Shown here piece by piece: positions 37,632-47,147 of a stretch of 64,000 bases of DNA. The position numbers and the translations under genes are program-made. The notes beneath the pieces were generated by a model. The model had not been told where the DNA came from. It worked only from the letters and a program-made list of their open reading frames with translations, and did no database searches. The DNA is from an uncultured Candidatus Rokubacteria bacterium (GTDB lineage: Bacteria > Methylomirabilota > Methylomirabilia > Rokubacteriales > CSP1-6): NCBI GenBank assembly GCA_963771355.1, contig CAVYTA010000004.1, forward strand, positions 192,001 to 256,000, given 5' to 3'. Each line of letters opens with the position of its first letter. The stretch's first letter is position 1.

Positions 37632-38828
37632 TCACGCCGCCACCTGGCGCCAGAGGCGCGAGCGCGTGAGGAGCGCGGCGAGCACCACCAGCATGCCGGC
37701 GGCGGGATAGACGGCGGCCTGGCGCGGCCCGGTGAAGGCGGCGAGATAGCCGATGAGGAGCGAGCCCACCGGCGCCCCGCCCATGAGGCCGAGCTGGAAG
37801 AGCGAGAGGATGCGCGCGCGGTGGGTCTCGGGCGCGGCGATCTGCACGATGGTGCGGCCCTGGGTCATCACCACGCCCGCGCCGAGCCCCCAGAGCAGGC
37901 ACAGCAGCAGGAGGCCGCGGAACGGGAGCCCGATCGACATGGCGGCCAGGATCATCGCCCCGAAGGCCAGCGCGACGATCATGGCGCGGCCCGGCCGGCG
38001 GAGCGCGCCCAGCTTGATCTGCGCGAGCGTGGCGGCGATGGTGCCGCCCCAGAAGCAGATGGAGACCAGCGACAGCTCCGCCGATCCGCCGTGGTAGTCG
38101 TCGCGGACCATGAGCGGCAGGATCACGAAGAACGCGCCCACGTAGAGCACGCCCACCGCGAGCTGGGCCACCAGCACCGGCGCGATCACGGCCGAGCGCG
38201 CGCCTTCACGCAGGCCGTCCAGCATGGCGGCGAGCCGGCTCTCCACGACCGGCGCCGCCGCCGGCGGACCGGGCGGCAATTGCAGGGCGGCCAGACCGCC
38301 CAGCGCCAGCACCCCGGCCTGGAGCAGGAGCAGCGCCGGGGCGCCCACCGTCTCCGCCGCCGCGCCGGAGGCGATGCCCACGAGCTGCGCGCCGAACTGG
38401 GTGGCGGTCATGATGGCCACCGCGCGGCCCAGATTGCCCGTGGCCACGCGCGTGAGCATGGCGTCGCGCGCGGGCAGGACGAAGGCGCCGACGGTGCCGA
38501 CGCCGAGCGCGTAGACGATGAGGGCGCCATACGAGAGCCGCCCGCCGGCAACGGCGAGGGCCAGGCCCAGCGGGAGAAGCGCCACCAGGAAATGCCCGCG
38601 CACGAGGAGGCGCCGGCAGTCGGCACGGTCCGCCACCGCGCCGCCCAGCAGCATGAAGAGGATGGAGGGCGCCATCAGCGACATCACCGCCACCCCCACT
38701 CGCGAGGCCGGCTCGTGCAGCACCACGGTGACGAGCCAGGGGAAGACGATGTTCTGCATCCCGAAGCTCGAGAACCAGGAGGCGACGCCGGTGAGGTACC
38801 AGGGGAATGCGTGGGCGGGTTGCCGCAC
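37632..38828 (-). CDS. MFS transporter
   Basis: About 12 TM segments, GGAVADR.D.RRLL motif A. Confidence 0.88.
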   Translation of the reverse strand: MRQPAHAFPWYLTGVASWFSSFGMQNIVFPWLVTVVLHEPASRVGVAVMSLMAPSILFMLLGGAVADRADCRRLLVRGHFLVALLPLGLALAVAGGRLSYGALIVYALGVGTVGAFVLPARDAMLTRVATGNLGRAVAIMTATQFGAQLVGIASGAAAETVGAPALLLLQAGVLALGGLAALQLPPGPPAAAPVVESRLAAMLDGLREGARSAVIAPVLVAQLAVGVLYVGAFFVILPLMVRDDYHGGSAELSLVSICFWGGTIAATLAQIKLGALRRPGRAMIVALAFGAMILAAMSIGLPFRGLLLLCLLWGLGAGVVMTQGRTIVQIAAPETHRARILSLFQLGLMGGAPVGSLLIGYLAAFTGPRQAAVYPAAGMLVVLAALLTRSRLWRQVAA

Positions 38829-38895
38829 TATCCACCGACCTTAGCACGCTTGACTCGGCCGACCCCGCCGCCTAGCATCCGGCGAGGAGGCGCGC

Positions 38896-39807
38896 ATGCG
38901 AATCGGGATCTCACTCACGAGCGGGCGCACGGTGTCGGATCCGCGCGCGGGCGCGCGCTGGATGGTGGAGCGCACGGCGGCGGCGCGGCAGGCGGGCCTG
39001 GACTCGCTCTTCGTGGGCGATCACCACGCCACGCCCGGCCCCTACTACCAGAACGTGCCCATCATGGGCCGGCTGCTCGCCGAGTGGGGCGCGACGCCTG
39101 CGGGCTGCCTCTTCCTCCTGCCGCTGTGGAATCCCGTGCTGATCGCGGAGCAGGTGGGCACGCTGGCCGCCATCGCCCAGGGCCGATTCATCTTCCAGTG
39201 CGGCCTGGGCGACGACGCCCAGCAGTTCGCGGCGATGGGGGCGGACATCCGCTTCCGGCCGTCGGCCTTCGAGGCGTCCTTCGATCTCGTGCAGCGCTTG
39301 CTCCGCGGCGAGACGGTGAGCGCGTCCGGCCGCTTCCGCCTCGAGCGCGCGCGCGTGGCGCTGCGCCCGGCCGAGCCGGTGGAGTACTGGATCGGCGCCA
39401 GCGCGGACGTGGCCATCGACCGCGCCGCGCGCATCGCCGATGGCTGGCTGGCCTCGCCGGGGCAGACTCCGGAGATGGCGCGCCGCCAGGTGGAGCTCTA
39501 CCGCGAGCGCTGCGCGAAGCACGGCCGGTCGCCCGCGGCCGTCGCCATCCGGCGCGACATCTTCGTGGGCGCCACGCCCGAGGCGGCGGAGGCCGTGGCC
39601 GGTCCCATCGTGAAGCGGGGCTATCGCGGCTTCGATCCCGCCGCCCTGGTCTGGGGCTCGGTGGAGCAGGTGACCGAGAAGTTCCGCGCGCTGGCCGCCA
39701 TGGGCTATACCGACGTGATCGTCCGGCACCTCACCGACGAGCAGGCCGACGTGCTGGGCTCGCTCGAGCGCCTCGCGGCGGTGCGCGAGGCGCTGCGGAG
39801 CACGTGA
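38896..39807 (+). CDS. LLM class flavin-dependent oxidoreductase
   Basis: G.DSL.VGDHH, PL.NPV..AEQ..TL, RAARIADGW. Confidence 0.85.
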   Translation: MRIGISLTSGRTVSDPRAGARWMVERTAAARQAGLDSLFVGDHHATPGPYYQNVPIMGRLLAEWGATPAGCLFLLPLWNPVLIAEQVGTLAAIAQGRFIFQCGLGDDAQQFAAMGADIRFRPSAFEASFDLVQRLLRGETVSASGRFRLERARVALRPAEPVEYWIGASADVAIDRAARIADGWLASPGQTPEMARRQVELYRERCAKHGRSPAAVAIRRDIFVGATPEAAEAVAGPIVKRGYRGFDPAALVWGSVEQVTEKFRALAAMGYTDVIVRHLTDEQADVLGSLERLAAVREALRST

Positions 39808-39811
39808 CGCG

Positions 39812-41014
39812 GTGACGCTCGACCTCGAGCGCGCCCGGCGCGAGACGCCGGGCTGCGCGACGGTGCTGCACTTCAACAATGCCGGCGCCGCGCTCATGCC
39901 AAAGCCGGTGCTGGACGCCCTCCAGCGCCATCTCCAGCTCGAGGCCACCATCGGCGGCTACGAGGCGGCGGACCGCGAGCACGCCGCGGTGGAGCGCGTC
40001 TACGATGCCCTCGCGCACCTGCTGGGCGGGCACCGCGACGAGATCGCGGTGATCGAGAACGCCACCCGCGCCTGGGACATGGCGTTCTACTCGCTCCGCT
40101 TCGGCCCCGGTGACCGCATCCTCACCGCCACCGCGGAGTACGCGAGCAACTACATCGCCTATCTCCAGGTCGCGGCCCGGACCGGCGCGGTGGTGGAGGT
40201 GATCCCCGACGACGAGCACGGCCAGGTGTCGGTGGACGCGCTCCGCCGCATGCTGGATGACCGCGTCAAGCTCATCGCCATCACCCATGTGCCGACCAAT
40301 GGCGGCCTCGTGAATCCGGCCGCCGCGGTGGGCCGGGTGGCGCGGGAGGCCGGCGTGCCCTATCTCCTCGACGCCTGCCAGTCGGTGGGCCAGCTCCCGA
40401 TGGACGTGACGGAGCTGGGCTGCGACATGCTCTCCGCCACCGGCCGCAAGTATCTGCGCGGGCCGCGCGCCACCGGCTTTCTCTGGGTCCGGCGGGACTT
40501 CCTCCCGCAGATGACCCCGCCCTTCCTCGACCTGCACGCGGCCACCTGGGTGGCGCGCGACCGCTACGAGGTGCGGGCGGACGCGCGGCGCTTCGAGAAC
40601 TGGGAGACCTACTACGCGGGGAAGATCGCGCTCGGCGTGGCGGTGGACTATGCGCTCGCCTGGGGCCTGCCCGCCATCCGCGAGCGCGTGTACCTGCTCG
40701 CGGCGCGCCTCCGCGAGCGGCTGGCGGCGCTGCCGGGCATCACCCTGCGCGACAAGGGGGCCGAGCGCTGCGGCATCGTCACCTTCACCGCCGCGGGCTG
40801 CGCGGCGGCCTTGATCAGGCAGGTGCTCCTCTCCCAGGCCATCAATGTCTCGGTGTCCTCGTACGCGGGCACGCGGCTCGACATGGAGGCCCGCCGCCTG
40901 CCGGGGGTGGTGCGGGCGTCCGTGCACTACTACAACAGCGAGGAGGAGATCGAGCGCTTCTGCGCCGCCCTGGCGCCGCTGCTCGCGCGTCCTAGGGGCG
41001 GGGCCGCAAGGTGA
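39812..41014 (+). CDS. Class V PLP enzyme (cysteine desulfurase/selenocysteine lyase-like)
   Basis: HFNNAG, DACQSVG, TGRKYLRGP, RAS.HYYN. Confidence 0.85.
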   Translation: MTLDLERARRETPGCATVLHFNNAGAALMPKPVLDALQRHLQLEATIGGYEAADREHAAVERVYDALAHLLGGHRDEIAVIENATRAWDMAFYSLRFGPGDRILTATAEYASNYIAYLQVAARTGAVVEVIPDDEHGQVSVDALRRMLDDRVKLIAITHVPTNGGLVNPAAAVGRVAREAGVPYLLDACQSVGQLPMDVTELGCDMLSATGRKYLRGPRATGFLWVRRDFLPQMTPPFLDLHAATWVARDRYEVRADARRFENWETYYAGKIALGVAVDYALAWGLPAIRERVYLLAARLRERLAALPGITLRDKGAERCGIVTFTAAGCAAALIRQVLLSQAINVSVSSYAGTRLDMEARRLPGVVRASVHYYNSEEEIERFCAALAPLLARPRGGAAR

Positions 41015-42416
41015 TGGCGTCGTACCAGGCGGTGGCGGTCTCGCCCGTGTCGTCGGTGTCCGTCATCACCGCCACGCCCACGAGCCGCGTCGGCTCCCCG
41101 CCGAAGAGCCGCTTGTAGTCGTCGTAGAGGTTGCGGGTCTCGGCCACCCAGCGGCCGACCTCTTCCCCTCCGCTCTCGAGCACGAGCATGCGCGCGCGGC
41201 TCGTGTAGGCATTGGGCAGGGCGGTGTTCTTCGCCAGGCGGCTGTCCCAGATGTAGTTGATGACGGCGCCGGGTGGGTATTCGCCGTAGAAGGCCCGGTA
41301 GAACTCGTACCGGGTCCGCTCCCAGATCCCCGCCCGCTCCGGATCGTAGCGGAACGCCACGTAGACGCGCGCGGCATAGTCGTCCCCGGACTTGCGAAAG
41401 GGGTTGCTCCTCTCGAGCACGCGCGAGACCTTCCAGCGCCAGGCGATCAGCTGGTAGACGCGCGGGTCCAGGTCGAGCGGGCGATAGAGCGCGGCGGCGG
41501 CGGCCTCGCTGTCGGCGCGGAGCGCCCACCCCGCGCCCTCGGGCACGATCTGGTAGCGCGTGTGGCGGTCGATCGTGCGAAAGGTCACCGGGCGCCAGTC
41601 GGGCGGCAGCGCGTCGGGGCTGGCGGGCGGGCCGAGGCGGAGCACGTCCAGCGGGGCCACCGACGGGGAACCGGAGGGGGCCTGCGCGCCGGCGCCGGGG
41701 GCACCCAGCGCCAGCAGCAGCGCGAGGGCGGTCACGCCGAGGCGCGGGTAGTACCAGCGGTGCAGCCGCGCCGGGCTCACGCCGCAGGCGTAGAGCAGGC
41801 GCAGCGTCCACATGAGGAGGGTGGTCCGCGCCACGCCCTCCTGCTCCCACTTGCGCGCCGAGGTGATCACACGCTCGCGGAGCGCGCCGACCCGGCCGCG
41901 CCGCTTGAGCCGGCGCGTGAGCTCGATGTCCTCCATGAGCGGGATGTCCGGATAGCCGCCCAGGGCCTCGAAGACGGCGCGCCGGACGAAGAGGCCCTGA
42001 TCGCCCGTCGAGATCCCGGACAGGCGCGAGCGCCAGTTCATGAGCCCGCCGATCAGGCGAAAGGGCCAGCGGGGATTGTCCAGGCGCACGTCGAAGCGCC
42101 CGCCCACCACGCCCGGCTCCGCCAGCGCGCGCGCGATGGCCCGCTCGAAGCCCGCGGGCAGGACGGTGTCGGCGTGGAGGAAGAGGAGCACGTCGCCCCG
42201 TGCCGCCGCCGCGCCCGTGTTCATCTGGCGGGCGCGACCGCGCGGGCAGTCGAGCACGGTGACGCCGGGCACGCGCGCGGCGATCTCGCGGCTGCCGTCG
42301 TCGCTCCCCGCATCGGCCACGATGACCTCGGCGCCGGGCGCCTCGGCGCGAAGCGCGGGCAGCAGGCGCGCGAGGTTCTCCGCCTCGCGCAGCACGGGCA
42401 CGATGATGGAGAGCAC
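40992..42416 (-). CDS. TIGR04283-like GT2 glycosyltransferase fused to DUF3047-like domain
   Basis: LSIIVP, GRARQMN.GA, LFLHADT, GDQG.F, PLMED.E, TSAR.W; then signal-like helix and W.WKV, DDYAARVYV.F, MTDTD.TG. Confidence 0.8.
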   Translation of the reverse strand: MLSIIVPVLREAENLARLLPALRAEAPGAEVIVADAGSDDGSREIAARVPGVTVLDCPRGRARQMNTGAAAARGDVLLFLHADTVLPAGFERAIARALAEPGVVGGRFDVRLDNPRWPFRLIGGLMNWRSRLSGISTGDQGLFVRRAVFEALGGYPDIPLMEDIELTRRLKRRGRVGALRERVITSARKWEQEGVARTTLLMWTLRLLYACGVSPARLHRWYYPRLGVTALALLLALGAPGAGAQAPSGSPSVAPLDVLRLGPPASPDALPPDWRPVTFRTIDRHTRYQIVPEGAGWALRADSEAAAAALYRPLDLDPRVYQLIAWRWKVSRVLERSNPFRKSGDDYAARVYVAFRYDPERAGIWERTRYEFYRAFYGEYPPGAVINYIWDSRLAKNTALPNAYTSRARMLVLESGGEEVGRWVAETRNLYDDYKRLFGGEPTRLVGVAVMTDTDDTGETATAWYDAITLRPRP

Positions 42417-43144
42417 TACCCCCCGCTCGGGCCCGCGAGACCGATCTTGACGCGCCGGTTGTGGCGGCCCTTGTTGTCGATCTTGAGGATGCGGAGGGGC
42501 CGGGAGCCTCGGGTCGACGCCAGATGCGTCCCGCCGCAGGCCTGCCGGTCGAGCCCGACGATCTCGACGACGCGAATGGTTCCGTCGGACGCCGGCGGCG
42601 GCGCCACCGAGCGGTTGCGGACGAGCCCGTGCTCGGCGAGCGCGTCTGCCTCCGTCACATAGGCGTAGCGGATCGGCAGGTCCTGCCGGATGACGTCGTT
42701 GATCTCGGGCTCGAGCGCGCGGAGCCGCTCGTTGTCGGCGTCGGGCAGGTCGAAATCCATGCGCGCGGTGCCGTCGGCGTTCAACTGGGCGCCGGTGACG
42801 AGCGCGCCCGCGAAATCCCGGAAGACGAGCGCGTTCAGGATGTGCGTGTCCGTGTGGAGCTGCGCCATCATCGAGCGGAAGTCCGCATCCACGCCCGTCT
42901 CCACGACCCCCGCGAGCTCCACCGGCTCGGCGAGGAGATGCCAGAACCCCTCGGCAGTGGCTTCGATGCCGATCACCCGTACCTCGCCGCCGCCCCAGCG
43001 AAGGGAGCCCTGGTCGGCGAGCTGGCCGCCGCCGCCGGGATGAAACGGGCTCTGCTCGAGGATCACCGCGCCCGGCCGCGCATTCACCACGCGGGTCTCG
43101 AGCCGCAGGGTCTCGGGATGCTCGTGGCAGAAGTAGCGGGTCAT
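42416..43144 (-). CDS. AlaX-type alanyl-tRNA editing protein
   Basis: FHPGGGGQ..D.G, HT..HIL, QACGGTH. Confidence 0.88.
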   Translation of the reverse strand: MTRYFCHEHPETLRLETRVVNARPGAVILEQSPFHPGGGGQLADQGSLRWGGGEVRVIGIEATAEGFWHLLAEPVELAGVVETGVDADFRSMMAQLHTDTHILNALVFRDFAGALVTGAQLNADGTARMDFDLPDADNERLRALEPEINDVIRQDLPIRYAYVTEADALAEHGLVRNRSVAPPPASDGTIRVVEIVGLDRQACGGTHLASTRGSRPLRILKIDNKGRHNRRVKIGLAGPSGG

Positions 43145-43155
43145 GCTCAGGCTCC

Positions 43156-44682
43156 CTAGCGCGTCCAGCGCAGCCAGGCCGCGAAGAGGCGCTTCACCGT
43201 GGGCGTGAGCCGGGTGCGGTTGTAGGCGTCGCCGAGCTTGCGGATGGCCTCGGCCTGGGTCGGATAGGAGTGGATGACGTCGGCGAGCCGCCCGAGCCCG
43301 ATGCCTCGAGTGACCGCCAGCGTGAGCTCGGGCAGCAGCTCGCCCGCGTGCCGGGCCACGATGGTGGCGCCCACGATCTGGTCGCTGCCGGCCCGCACGT
43401 GGACCTTCACGAAGCCCTCGGTCTCGCCGTCGAGCACGGCACGGTCCACCTCCGCCAGCGGCTGGACGAAGGTGGTCACGCGGAGTCCGCGCGCGGATGC
43501 CGCCTGCGCGTCGAGCCCCACCGAGGCCACCTCGGGATCGGTGTAGGTGCAGCGGGGGACCACCAGGGCGCTGGCGCGGGCGCGGCCGAGGAAGAGCGCG
43601 TTCCGGATGACGAGGCGCGCCTGGAAGTCCGAGTGATGGGTGAACTTCTGCGCCGTGCACACGTCCCCCGCGGCATAGATGCGGGGATTGGTGGTGCGCA
43701 GGCGGTCGTCCACCCGCACGCCCGCGGTGGCGTCGTACGCCACCCCCGCCGCCTCGAGCCCCAGGCCCTCGACGTTGGGCTTGCGCCCCACGCCCACCAG
43801 GATCGCGTCCACCTCGAGCGTCTCGAGGGCGCCGCCCGCGTCCACGTGCAGCGTCCGGCCGCCCGCGCTCCGCTCCACGCGGCGGACGCTCGCGCCCATC
43901 AGGAGCCGCACGCCATCCCGCCCCAGGGCCGCGCGCACCAGGGCGGCGGCGTCCGGGTCCTCGCGGCCCAGCAGCTGCGCTCCCGTCTGGACGAGGGTGA
44001 CCTGCGCGCCGAAGCGCGCGAAGGCCTGGGCCAGCTCGCACCCGATGGGTCCGCCGCCGATCACCGCCAGCCGGCGCGGCAGCGCGGTGAGCGAGAACAC
44101 GGTCTCGTTGGTGAGATAGCCCGCCTCGGTCAGACCCGGGACGGCGGGCACCGCCGCGCGCGCGCCGGTGGCGATCACCGCCTTCTTGAAGCGCAAGGTG
44201 GCGTCGCCGACCGCGACCGCGTCCCGTCCCGTGAACGCGCCCGCGCCGAGGAAGACATCCACGCCCAGCCCCCGGAAGCGCGCGGCGGAGTCGAGGGGGC
44301 TGAGCCCCGCCCGGATGCGCCGCATCCGCTCCATCGCCGCCGCGAAGTCCACCGCCGCCTCGCCGGTGACCCGGACGCCGAAGGCGGCGGCGCCGCGCAC
44401 GTCGGCCACGGCCCGCGCGGATCGGAGCAAGCCCTTCGACGGCACGCAGCCCACGTTCAGACAGTCGCCGCCCATGAGATCCCGCTCGACCAGGGCCACC
44501 TTGGCGCCCAGCCCCGCCGCGCCGGCCGCGGTGACCAGGCCCGCGGTGCCCGCGCCGAGCACCACGAGGTTGTAGCGGGGCGCCGGCGTCGGGTTCACCC
44601 AGTCCGGCGGGTGGACATTGGCGACGAGCGCCTGGTTGTGCGCGTCCCACGGCTCGACGCGCACGGGCGCCGCGGCCCTCAT
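43156..44682 (-). CDS. Mercuric reductase-like / dihydrolipoamide dehydrogenase family flavoprotein
   Basis: GGDCLNVGCVPSK, GGGPIGCE, IH.YPT.AE; lacks the MerA C-terminal CysCys. Confidence 0.85.
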   Translation of the reverse strand: MRAAAPVRVEPWDAHNQALVANVHPPDWVNPTPAPRYNLVVLGAGTAGLVTAAGAAGLGAKVALVERDLMGGDCLNVGCVPSKGLLRSARAVADVRGAAAFGVRVTGEAAVDFAAAMERMRRIRAGLSPLDSAARFRGLGVDVFLGAGAFTGRDAVAVGDATLRFKKAVIATGARAAVPAVPGLTEAGYLTNETVFSLTALPRRLAVIGGGPIGCELAQAFARFGAQVTLVQTGAQLLGREDPDAAALVRAALGRDGVRLLMGASVRRVERSAGGRTLHVDAGGALETLEVDAILVGVGRKPNVEGLGLEAAGVAYDATAGVRVDDRLRTTNPRIYAAGDVCTAQKFTHHSDFQARLVIRNALFLGRARASALVVPRCTYTDPEVASVGLDAQAASARGLRVTTFVQPLAEVDRAVLDGETEGFVKVHVRAGSDQIVGATIVARHAGELLPELTLAVTRGIGLGRLADVIHSYPTQAEAIRKLGDAYNRTRLTPTVKRLFAAWLRWTR

Positions 44683-45383
44683 AGCGGTACCCGCTTCGCG
44701 AGCGCGGCGCGCGCCACGCGCGCCACGTAGATGGTCACGGCCACCGTGGCCAGGAGCCCGACCGCGTAGAACGCCCACTCGGCCGGGGTGCGCGTGCGCC
44801 CGGTGGCCACGCCGCTCGCGAGATCGCCGGCCAGGGAGCCCAGGTACACGTAGAGCAACACGCCCGGCAGCATGCCCGCCCACGAGGCGATGACGTAGTC
44901 GCGGAGGCGCACGCGGGTGACGCCGAAGGCATAGTTGAGCAGGTTGAAGGGGACCACCGGCGAGAGCCGGAGCAGCGCGACGATCTTCCCGCCCTCGCGC
45001 GCCACCGCGGCGTCGATGGCCTGGAAGCGCGAATCGGCGGCGATGGTGCGCTCGACCCAGCCGCGCGCGACGTAACGCCCCACGAGGAACGCGGCGGTGG
45101 CGCCCAGGGTGGCAGAGATCGAGACCACGGCAATGCCCTTGACCAGGCCGAAGACCGCGCCCGCGCCCACCGAGAGCACCGAGCCGGGCAGGAGGAGCAC
45201 GCAGGCCACCACGTAGAGCGCACAGAACACCACCGGCGCCCAGGGCCCGAGCCCGCGGATCCACTCCAGCGCGCTCACGAGCCACGCCCGGGCGTCCAGG
45301 AGATGCGCCACGAGCAGCAGCGCCGCCACGCCGGCCGCGATCGCGACGACGCGGGCCCGCCCCCCTCCCCGCTGCGAGGTCAT
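44679..45383 (-). CDS. TVP38/TMEM64 (VTT/DedA) membrane protein
   Basis: LRLSP..PFNLLNY..G.T, G.LPG..LYVYLG. Confidence 0.9.
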   Translation of the reverse strand: MTSQRGGGRARVVAIAAGVAALLLVAHLLDARAWLVSALEWIRGLGPWAPVVFCALYVVACVLLLPGSVLSVGAGAVFGLVKGIAVVSISATLGATAAFLVGRYVARGWVERTIAADSRFQAIDAAVAREGGKIVALLRLSPVVPFNLLNYAFGVTRVRLRDYVIASWAGMLPGVLLYVYLGSLAGDLASGVATGRTRTPAEWAFYAVGLLATVAVTIYVARVARAALAKRVPL

Positions 45384-45400
45384 GTCCCGCAGTATAGAAT

Positions 45401-47122
45401 GTGATCGTGATCCGCCGCCCTGCCTCTCTTTCCGGGATCGTCCTGCTCGCGCTGCTGCTGACGTCGAGCCTCGGGCCCGCTCAGCCCGCCCTGGTTCCGC
45501 CCGGCGCCGAGGAGCTCGCCGCGCACACGGTGGCCCTCACCGCACCCGAGATGGAGGGCCGCGGCTCCGGCACGCCCGGCGGCGCCCTCGCCGCGCGCTA
45601 TATCGAGGAGCGCCTGGCCGCCGCCGGCCTGCGGCCGGGCGGCGACGCCGGCGGCTGGCGCCAGTCCTTCGTGCTGCGCCCGGGCACCCGGCTCGCACCG
45701 GGCAATGCGCTGGCGCGCACCGGCGGCACCCCCCTCGCGCTGGAGGTGTCCCGCGACTGGACCCCCCATGGCGGCGCGCCGGCGAGCGACGTCGAGGCGG
45801 AGCTGGTGTTCGTGGGCCCGGCCGGCGCGGGCAGGGGCGACAGTATGGGCGAGGCCGTGCGGGGGAAGATCGCGCTCGTCCTCGAGGGCGGCGCCACGCG
45901 GCTCGAGCGCCTCATCGCCGCGCGGCGCGCGGGGGCGGTAGCGCTTCTCCTGGTGGGCGACAACCTGCTCGCGCTCGAGCGCACCGCGGTGAGCGCGGGC
46001 CTTCCGTCGGCGACGGTGACGCCGGCGGCCGCCGACCTCCTGCTTGCGCCCGCGGGCATGACGGTGGCGTCGCTGACACGGACGCCGGCGGCCCCGGGGA
46101 GCCCCGCGCCCGTCATCGCCACCGGCGTCACCGCGCGGCTGGCCATCCGCCTCGAGCCCGCCGACCGCCGCGCGGACAATGTCATCGGCATCCTGCCGGG
46201 CACCGATCCCGGGCTGGCGGGCGAATCCGTGGTGATCGGCGCGCACTACGACCACATGGGACGCATCGGCGGCGCCATCTACCACGGCGCCGACGACAAT
46301 GCCTCCGGCACCGCGGTGGTGCTGGGCCTGGCCAAGGCCTTCGCGGCGGCGGGCGGCGCGCCGCGCACGCTCGTGTTCGTCCTCTTCTCCGGCGAGGAGG
46401 TGGGCCTGATCGGCTCCGGCCACTACGTGCGCCATCCGGTGCTGCCCCTCGAGCGCGCGTCGGCCATGGTCAACTTCGACATGGTGGGGCGCATGCGCGA
46501 GGGGCGTGTGACCGTGGCCGGCGTCGAGAGCGGCGACGCGCTGCGCGCGCTGATGACCGCGGCCGCGGCGGGCGTGCCGCTCGCCGTCTCGTATCGCGAA
46601 TCCCCCTTCGCCCCCTCCGACCAGGCGCGGTTCTACGCGGCCGGCGTGCCCGTCCTCTTCTTCACCACCGGGCAGCATCCGGACTACCACCAGCCCACCG
46701 ACACCGCCGACCGCCTCGACACCGCCGGCATGGCGCATATCGCCGCCGTGGGCATGCGCGCGGTGGCGGGCCTGGCGGCCTCCGCGCGCCCGGTCTATGT
46801 GAAGGTGGCGCCCCCCGCGGGCGGCCGCACGCGCGAGGCCACCGGCGCGCGGCCGGCGGGTGGCGCCTTTCTCGGCGTGAGCACGGACGGCGAGGGCGGC
46901 GAGGGGCTGCGCATCGGCGGGGTCGTGCCCGACAGCGGAGCCGAGCGCGGCGGGCTCCGCCCGGGCGACGTGGTCATCCGCATCGACGAGAGCGGCATCG
47001 GCGGCTTCGAGGATCTCGTGGCCGCGCTCGGGCGCCGGCGCCCGGGCGAGACGGCACGCGTGGTCTATCTCCGGGACGGCGAGATCTTCACCGCTCCGGT
47101 CACCCTGGGCGAGCGCCCGTAG
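45401..47122 (+). CDS. M28 family peptidase with PA-like insert and C-terminal PDZ domain
   Basis: GAHYDH, GADDNASG, GEE.GL.GS, DYH.PTD, FLGV...GL.PGD.V. Confidence 0.9.
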   Translation: MIVIRRPASLSGIVLLALLLTSSLGPAQPALVPPGAEELAAHTVALTAPEMEGRGSGTPGGALAARYIEERLAAAGLRPGGDAGGWRQSFVLRPGTRLAPGNALARTGGTPLALEVSRDWTPHGGAPASDVEAELVFVGPAGAGRGDSMGEAVRGKIALVLEGGATRLERLIAARRAGAVALLLVGDNLLALERTAVSAGLPSATVTPAAADLLLAPAGMTVASLTRTPAAPGSPAPVIATGVTARLAIRLEPADRRADNVIGILPGTDPGLAGESVVIGAHYDHMGRIGGAIYHGADDNASGTAVVLGLAKAFAAAGGAPRTLVFVLFSGEEVGLIGSGHYVRHPVLPLERASAMVNFDMVGRMREGRVTVAGVESGDALRALMTAAAAGVPLAVSYRESPFAPSDQARFYAAGVPVLFFTTGQHPDYHQPTDTADRLDTAGMAHIAAVGMRAVAGLAASARPVYVKVAPPAGGRTREATGARPAGGAFLGVSTDGEGGEGLRIGGVVPDSGAERGGLRPGDVVIRIDESGIGGFEDLVAALGRRRPGETARVVYLRDGEIFTAPVTLGERP

Positions 47123-47147
47123 CGCGAGGGCGCGGGAGAGCTTCGAC

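Noticed and set aside
43156..44682. True merA mercury resistance
   Set aside because: No C-terminal CysCys, no NmerA domain, and no merR/T/P nearby.
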